A stretch of 59,169 bases of DNA, the filler included, from Jimgerdemannia flammicorona (lineage: Eukaryota): NCBI GenBank assembly GCA_003990765.1. It is 3 parts of 3 records of this genome, joined end to end, with 100 filler letters (N's around TTAATTAATTAA, not from the genome) between each part and the next. Parts side by side here need not be neighbours in the genome. Positions count along the whole stretch, not along the records: positions 39,517 to 59,169 come from RBNJ01001887.1; 2 more parts are not named here. One strand, given 5' to 3'. The notes beneath the pieces are model-generated. The model saw only the letters and a list, made by a program, of their open reading frames with translations, searched no databases and was not told the origin of the DNA. The position numbers were made by a program, and so were the translations under genes. Shown one piece after another: positions 51,357 to 59,169 of the stretch (position 1 is the stretch's first letter; each line of letters begins with the position of its first letter).

Positions 51357-54300
51357 TTTTTTTTTTTTTTTTTATAGTCTCTTTAACTTTACTATTTATT
51401 ATCAGTATATCAAATATATATACAGTATCCTATTTCACTACCCAATCTCTCTAGGGGGACTCCTCTCTATACTCTTATACTTAAATGCCACCTCACCATC
51501 TATTACTATAACCCTCCCCCCACTCTGCCTACAAATTTTCTCTACCAAATAACATTAATGACCTCTCTGCAGGCTCTATCCTAGCTACCAAATCAAGATA
51601 TCTACCATCAACCCTTCCCACCTTATCAGCTACTCCCCCAAACCCAATTACCTTCCTTCCTCAAAAATAAAGCTAGTGTCTAGCCAACCCTATCTATATA
51701 GCTAAAACCCAATCAATAGTGAGCCACTCATACTAACCCCTCCCACCAATCTATCTCTCAAATCCTCCCATCAACTCCTCTCATCATTCTCCCTCCTCAT
51801 AATACCCAATCTATTCCCAACTGCTAACCAAAAGTCTCTAAGTACCTCAGACTCTTCCTGCCAATATTCAGGCATCTACACAAACCCCTCTTTCTGTCCT
51901 ACATTATAACACTTCTTACAATCAAAGTATTCACCCTCTATAAGATAGCCTGAACAAAAGTTGAGCATGACATTCTTCCTCAGCAAGTGTCACTAAACTA
52001 TCCAGAACTTAGATAGCAGCTATTACCATATCTTAGCACTCTAAGCCTAAACTGCATTCTAGTTCCATCCCTCTCCAATACTAGCTATCTACAATAAACT
52101 AGGTCATACATTCTATCCTAACCCTCTCTGGCACTCTACTCCATCACTAATATTAAAGTCATTCAGTGGAGTACTCTCCAACAATATTCTATCTCATCTC
52201 TACATTGCTATGTCCCATAGTATCTCACCCTCAGCTCTCTACTAGCAAAGACCAATATGGTGTGCTCCATTAACTGCTCCTTACTAGAAGCTCTTATACT
52301 ATATATAAGCTCTTATACTATATATACTTACTGTTCTGAAACCCAACCAAAGACAGCTGATCTCTTATAGAGCTCTTTAGTGAAAACCCACCTCTTAGAC
52401 CTTTTTCATCAGAGAAATCTAGCTACCACTTATCAGTTCCACAGCTCTCTTTAGCTACCAAACCCTCAGATAATACAGCCTCTTTGGGAAGTCAATGAGT
52501 CCAAGGCCTTCTGGTAATGACAGAATTTCCCAGCTAATCTGACTATATCTCCTAGTCCAGATTCAACCTTTGGCTAGCTTCAAAAGCCTCTTTACCACTC
52601 AGGCTGGAAAGTCCAGATAATATGCTAAATACTACAACTTTGGCAGCCAGTAGACATTCAAGATTGAGACACAACTAACCAAAGAGATGTGGTAGCCTCT
52701 CTAACTCTACAGGGCCTCCACCCAAGTAGCCACCTACTACTTCCATAAAGTTCTTAATAGGACTGACCCATAGACCACAAGATAGATATCCAGATACTAC
52801 ACAGTATCTCCAGCAGGGGCAATTGTTCCAATAACATCACCTCTCACCAGACTATTGCCCAATACTATTATTTCATACTTATGCCAATTAAGTTTAGTCC
52901 CAGAGTATATCTCATATCACTCTACTATTTCCTGAAGTTTCTTGATATCTGTAATTGATTTTAGGCCAACTATTATATCATCTGCAAAGGCCCCAATCTT
53001 CTAGACAATTCTAAATACTAAGAGCCCCACTATAATTTGCTGAATCCTGTCCATCAACAGCTCCAAGAATAGAGCATACAAAATAGGAGACAGCAGATCT
53101 CTCTGAAGAACATCTCTACCCAGAGGGAATGCTACTCTCTAATGACCATTATATATGAGCACTGCTCTATTCCCTTCCAGTAGACTAATCATCACCACTT
53201 GAAACTGCTGAGAGACTCCAATCCTATCCAGCACCTTCACTAACTAGATCCATCTAACATAGTCATAGACCTTCTCTTGATCCAGAAAGACCAATCTCCC
53301 ATCCAGCCCACAGGCTTGAGTCCTCTCAATGATACTATGAACCCAAGCTATATCACTCCTGATGAGCTAGTCTCCAACAAAACCTCATTGCTCCTCACCC
53401 AAGACTTGCTAGGCCACCTTCTGTAGCCTTGCAACAACTACATACCTTATGACTAACTTTCTGTCCATGTTCAGGAGCATGATAGGTTATCAGTTCTTCT
53501 AGTTCTCTCTTCTGCTTTTGTCCTTATACAACAGCACCACCAGCCCCAGATCCTGCTCCCCCACCCACTTTCCTGACTGTAATAACAAGTTGCAAAGCAC
53601 TATCATCTCTCCCAGTACTCCAGGAATTTCCACCATCTTCTTCCAGAAGACCCAGGACAGACTATCCTTCTCTGGTGCAGTGCCTAGTATAGTCATGATA
53701 AGAATCTGGTAAATCTACTCCTCCTGGACTAGTATCACTAAACTGCCATGCCCATCTACTTATGGTAGATGCCAATTCTCCAAAGTATGTTTAATGGTAG
53801 CAGCATTGGCCCCACCCACCTTCTTACTCCACAGACCACTCCACCTCTCCTTCAGTAAGCCCAAAATATCTTATATACCATATATCAGCAGACTATCAGC
53901 ATTCAGTACTTCCTCCTATCTCTGTCTCACTCTCCTTATTCAAAGGATCCTTGAGAGGTACTTAGAGGGCCTCTCTCCCTCCTCCAGCCCCTGCCAGCAT
54001 AGCTGTATAGCCATTCCTCACACTAGTATCTTCTCCTCCTCCCTCAACACCTGATGTAACTCAGTGACCTCCAGCTTTGCTTGCATTAACCTCCAGTCCT
54101 CAACCCCCTCTAAGGCCAAAAGACCTGCCCAATTCTTCTGAAGCCAGGCCAATCTATCAGAGGGCCAGGTTACTCTCCCCCTTCTCTGTCTTTCTGCAAC
54201 CCAGCCTACCTCACCTCAGTAAACCCTAGCAGCCTCCTTTAACCTCACTCATTAAATACCAACTGGGGTACTCTCTTGAACCCAACTCTCCACTTTCTGC

Positions 54301-56150
54301 CTAATATCCTCAGCCCAATTGGCCTACAGCCCCTTCTTAGCCAACAAAGAGTAATTGAGGTACTAATGTACAGGCCCATTGCCACTTTCCCCAAACTATA
54401 TGCCCTAACATACCCCAATAGTCTGATCATAGACACCACTCAACCTCTAGGAACTTCCCAACATCCAGTCCCCAGTAATTAGCTGTTAGCACTCAGTTAA
54501 TTCTAGTCTCCAGCCCCTCCATCCAATGGATATAGATCCTCCTATCTCTCTATATTACCCATCTAGTATCCACTAAGGAACTAAGTCACTTCACCTCCTC
54601 CCAACTCTCCAGGCTACCACTCCTGCTCTATACATTCCTCCCCCCATCTGTCCTGTCCAACTGTGCCAAGCAAACCATATTGAAGTCCTCTTCAAGTACC
54701 TCCACTCCTGCCTCAACAAGTACTCCACTATCCAAAAGACTATCAATCCACTCCACATACTTACTTCTGACTGTGGGATAGTAGTAAGATCCAAATGTAA
54801 TTAACTCTCATTCAGGCTAATACTACTTTTCTCAAACCATACAATCCCTCCAGTTCCTGATATTATATATTTTTCTGTACCAATAGTCCAATCTTGCCAT
54901 TCCAGACCACAGCTCCACCCCATTCCCTTGTCCACTCCTGTTGATCAAGATTCTTCTCACATTGTACATCTTGTAGAAGAAAGAGACTAGCCTCTAATCC
55001 CTTTAACTAAGTAAAAATATTACATCATCTTTCAGAACCCCTCAGCCTATTCACATTCAATGAAAAAATGTTAGTTATACTGTTCATAGGGAATAATGTT
55101 GAAATAGATATCTTCTCTTTACAACACTATGTTCACTTCCTCCCTAGCTAAGTCCAATCCATGCTCAGTAGCAGCCCCTGCCCCCTTAACCTGCTTAGCC
55201 TCCATCTAACCAAAAGCTCATCTATTGCTATATCATTCTTCAACTCTATCTCTTCTCAGTACTCCAAGCAAGCCCCTTGCCAAATTTCCAATCCATGCCT
55301 CTGTTCCCACCCAAAGTTGACATACTCTCTAGCTGTTATTATCATCTCTGCCTCCTATACAACATCTACCTCATAATCCTCCTCATTCAAATATAATATC
55401 AGCACCTCCTTCACCAGGGCCTCTACAATATTATCTCTCTGCAAAATTCTTGTCCAGTGCTTCTCACTGACAACTCACAAGTCTACATCTCCCAACTCCT
55501 CAGTTGCTAAGTTGTTCATCATCTAGTATATCCACTGTAAGTCCCCAATCTTCTTGCTCCCAGGGGTTGCTGGTTGATCAGTCTCAAGTATCACAGTATC
55601 TGTCTCTACACTTGCAGACTCATCTCACTCCTCCTTAGTGATATCCACCAACTCCTCCTCTCTGACCTCAACTAGCTGCCCTATAATCACTACCTCAGAT
55701 ACTCCAAATCAAATATGGTGAGTCCCCAATATCTCCACATCCTCATCAGCCATTGGCTGGACATCCTAAGCCTTTCTTCCTATATTTCCATAACTCTAGT
55801 ATATATTATTATAAAGAGCCTGATCTTGTACCTCTTGGCTCCAATCCCCAGCTTTAGTACTCCTCCCCTCCTTCTCACTAGTCCAGATACTCTTCCTTAT
55901 TCAAACTGGGTAATATCTTCTCCTTCAAACTAGCCAGTAACTCCCTCTGCCTCTTATGCTCCTCAGCCCTCTCTCACTACCTCTTATCTACTTATATATA
56001 CTTTCCATCCACTACCTCTAAGTGAGTTGAGTCTATATAGACCTTTCACACCTTGACCCACTACTTCACTACCTAACTGAGCTCCTTCAGTGCCTTTATC
56101 AAATCCTTCTCCTTCTCTATTATAAGAGGGTTACTTGTTAGAGTAACCAT
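51357..56150 (-). mobile_element. Near full-length degenerate L1/Tx1-like LINE (ORF1, APE endonuclease, RT, poly(A))
   Basis: Poly(T) at 51357; EN start MNSITNIFSLNVNRLRG (~55087); RT motifs PIMLLNMDRKL, LVFLDQEKVYDYV, GRDVLQRDLLSPILY, IGAFADDII (~52980); ORF1-like frame from ATG at ~56150. Confidence 0.9.
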
Positions 56151-56159
56151 TATATAGTT

Positions 56160-57905
56160 CTAGAAGGGTTTTCTGAAAGTTCTGGATATTCTGAAAGACC
56201 ATTTTCTTAAGGTCAAGATCAATTTCATATGGAGTATATCCTCTATGCTTATTGATTTCAAGATTGGGTTGATGTCTCAACCAAAGTCCTTTTTCAAACT
56301 AGTTCTGGATGTTCAGGATTTTTCATATTTCAGGAAGTTCAAGAAACTAAGACCAGCTTAGTTGAATTGGCATATCAATGCAGACAATACCCAATTAGGA
56401 AATTTCATGACAGGGTTAGGAGTGGGACCTAATGTGGAGCAGATTTACTTAAGAGTAGTTTGTGGGTTATTAAATAGGTTTATTCACTATTTATGATATT
56501 ACTATACTAGGAGTAGTTTGTGTGAAAGAATATTGTGGGGAAGTGCTCAGGAGTTGTGCTCAGATTGTTCAAGTCTTCAAGTCTAAGATTCTGAGATCTG
56601 GGAGAGGGGGTATTTATACTAGTGAGAGACTATCTGGACTATGCTAAATATAGATATAGCACTTAGTGCCTTGCTGAGTCAGAATACAGTCACATAGTAC
56701 AATAGTGATCTGACATATCAAGAGATCATCTGACTGCTGAGTCAGTTCACAGTCACATCATATAAGGCTAATCTAACTATACTATGACTGCTAAGCTATC
56801 TATAGATTTAGACACTGTCTGGGTAGTCTTCAATGATATCACTATTGATGGCATCATCTCTGATGAAGTAGTCATCTAGGAAAAGTTGTTCACAGACTAA
56901 TTCTTCTTATTTGCTGAGATAGTAATATATTGAGACTTTATTGCTGTCTTACAGGATAGCATTGTCTGTCTCATATGCTGGATATGGAGTTGGTGGGTGA
57001 AGGAGTGGTGCATTGTCTTTGCTTTCATTGGATTTGCTATCTGCATACCTTCTATAGGTTATAGCACTATGAGTCACAGGGTTGTAGTAGGCTGGTAGCT
57101 GTGGTTCATATCACATACACTTGAGTGGTAGAGTGGTTGATTTGATCTCAAGGGTTGTCTGAAGATACAAGTTGTGTTCTCTAGTCTCTTCATTGTAGTT
57201 GAAGTAGTCAGGGATGAATGCAGGTTAGTATTTGTGCCAGTGATCATTGTCCCAATAGGTCTTGTAGGTGGTTATGAACTATTGTAAGTTCATTGGCAGT
57301 ATTGGTGGTGTGATCAGGGTTGGCAGAGATCCTTGGCTTGAGGTTATGTTGGCATCAGAGGAGTCACTGTTTTCTGCTTCATCTTCATCAAATCGAATTA
57401 TATTGTAGACATCCTTCATGGTATATCTGACTTGAGGCATTTGCAGGATATGATTATCAGGGTGTGGGAAGGTTCTATCTGTGGTCTGAACATACTTGAG
57501 ATACTTGTGATTGAGTTCTTATATCATGTCATCGATTTGGCCATAGAACAGAGTAGCAACTATTTCAGCAGTAGTGACTTAGAGGTGGGGAATAAAGGTA
57601 CTGGACTCATAAAAGAGTTCTCAGTATTTGCAGGTGATGAGTTTCTAGTGTTGAGACATCTGGGTAATGTCTGTATCATAGTGGTGTTCAACCATATCTT
57701 CTAGGAGGTGGCCAATCTGATGGTAGCTTAAGATTTGTCCAATTCAGTGGACCTCACTAAGCATGTTCAGGGCATTCCATCAGGCTTCCACAAAGTAGAG
57801 GAGTGCTAGGCTATGGATATTCATGAGGAGCAGAAGAGGTGTGGCTCGGTTGATAATGATATTCCAAATATCAGTACAGATGCAGTTGTAGATCTCAGTG
57901 GTCAT
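56160..57905 (-). mobile_element. Eroded element of unknown type: ~365-codon decayed ORF (57905-~56810), a promoter/LTR-like segment, and the start of a second ORF
   Basis: Frame MTTEIYNCICTDIWNIIINRATPLLLL..., with stops explicable by C>T. TATAAATACCCC at ~56607-56618 (minus) and duplicated TGCTGAGTCAG...CAGTCACAT. Same erosion pattern as the TEs. Confidence 0.4.
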
Positions 57906-57993
57906 ATTTGTATATATTCAGAAGTTGTAGTTGTTGTTGTTTTGGTTTGCTGTTTTAATGTATCTTGGTGCTCAGTATATATATATTTGGTCT

Positions 57994-59169
57994 GCTCCTT
58001 TCTCTGCTATCTTACCAGTTACAAGGTTTGGCAGGCAATCTTCTGAGTCCCCTTTCCCCTATTATTACCCCCTCTATCTCACATTGGTTTGCTGTGCCTG
58101 CATAGGCATAGTGGGAGGAGGGCAATGGTGATGAGTTGCCCCTTTATCAGTGTCAGATTGGTGTCTTCTCCACTTTTTCGCGGTTTCTGGTGCCTTTGGC
58201 TGCATCTGGAGTGTATTCATTTTGGTGCAGTGCCTTCTTCCTTTTGCTGTCGCCAACAAGGTGTTGTCTCAGTGTATCTTGGACTATGTAGGGAGTTGGC
58301 TGACCTTGGGCATCAAGTGCTCAGTGTAGGTTACCTGCAGGTCTTTGGTGCCTGTGGTGGGGCCCTCTGGCTTTGGTGAGCTTCCCGGCGAGCACAGTTC
58401 TGGTGTAGGTGATGGCTTTTCGGGTGTTGTCGGAATGGGAGGGGAGATGGCTGTCACAGATAGAAGGAAGGGCAATAATGGTAAACCAGTAGGGTGCCAG
58501 GCTGGGGGCAGTTGTTGGGGCTGGGGCAGGTGCTGCTTCGGTGGGGCCTTTGATTGGTACAGCATGGTTAGGTTGTAGATGTCACTCTTGGCTTCTTTTG
58601 GTGGGTTGGTGGGTTAGGCCCCGGTCATCAGGGGGGGTCAGGGGGCCCAAGGCTACCCATTTCAGACATCTTGGCTGCACTCAACTGGAACTGGGAGCTG
58701 ATATGGCAATGTGGTCAAGGCACACAGGCTTGAGTAGTGGGGTATTGGGGGTCTCCTCCCACCTTACATATAAGTTCTTTACTCACCTTGACTGGGAGAA
58801 CCAGGTCCTACCCACTGTATTGTACTTTGATGAGGGTTTTTCTTTGCCTGTCATTCTCTTTGGAGTGGCAGGGGCTTTTCTATTCAGCTCGGGCATGGCC
58901 TTGTACATATGTTGGGTTCTTGGGCATACGCTTTCGGTCATTGGCATATAGTTGGGTTTCCCCTGGTGGTAGGGAGAGCATAGTGCACAGAATGAGGTAC
59001 AGGCCACTATAGGCCCTGCTGTGCCTGGCATGGTCAAGCTGCTGGACAATAGCTAGCCTAGGTTCATAGGGAGGTAGTGCTTGATGGGTGGTGGGGGAGG
59101 GTTTTGGCCTATATAGTCTAGGTTCCCTTCTAATAAAATTCTGTGGGACATTGAGTCTGTTAAAAAAAA
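57994..59169 (+). mobile_element. Retroposon family X, copy 5, full length, GC-rich
   Basis: Starts GCTCCTTTCTC, homologous throughout to copy 1, ends AATAAA...GAGTCTGTTAAAAAAAA at the window edge. Confidence 0.9.

Noticed and set aside
57994..58120. tRNA-, 5S- or snRNA-derived head for retroposon X
   Set aside because: No A/B boxes, cloverleaf or recognisable 5S/U-snRNA sequence could be seen by eye.

Overview
Eukaryotic, intron-rich, transposon-dense genomic DNA, most consistent with an early-diverging fungus (Mucoromycota-like; inferred from gene content, short introns and TE types, not proven). CpG-retaining gene islands alternate with C>T/G>A-eroded transposon blocks. Two 100-bp assembly gaps carry a TTAATTAATTAA linker. 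Transposons: two copies of a chromodomain Ty3/gypsy family (the longer one encodes a dUTPase between Gag and protease); a complete 6.4-kb hAT element with TIRs, an 8-bp TSD, cargo and a palindromic repeat array, plus a second truncated copy; a near full-length L1/Tx1-like LINE; a Harbinger remnant; and five copies of a ~1.17-kb poly(A)-tailed non-autonomous retroposon with a fixed 5' end and TSDs. Host genes: an RRM gene with a possible WD40-like C-terminus, an FkbM-family methyltransferase, a degenerate GAA1-like locus, and a long, apparently intronless pseudogene with tandem atypical-kinase-like domains and LRRs. The highlight is a predicted 986-aa cytosolic protein kinase-LRR gene (26991-31992). 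Its RI-like LRRs are each encoded by one 84-bp phase-1 exon (19 of them) separated by homologous introns with atypical AAG acceptors. This architecture would allow in-frame combinatorial exon skipping or shuffling of a putative immune or non-self receptor.
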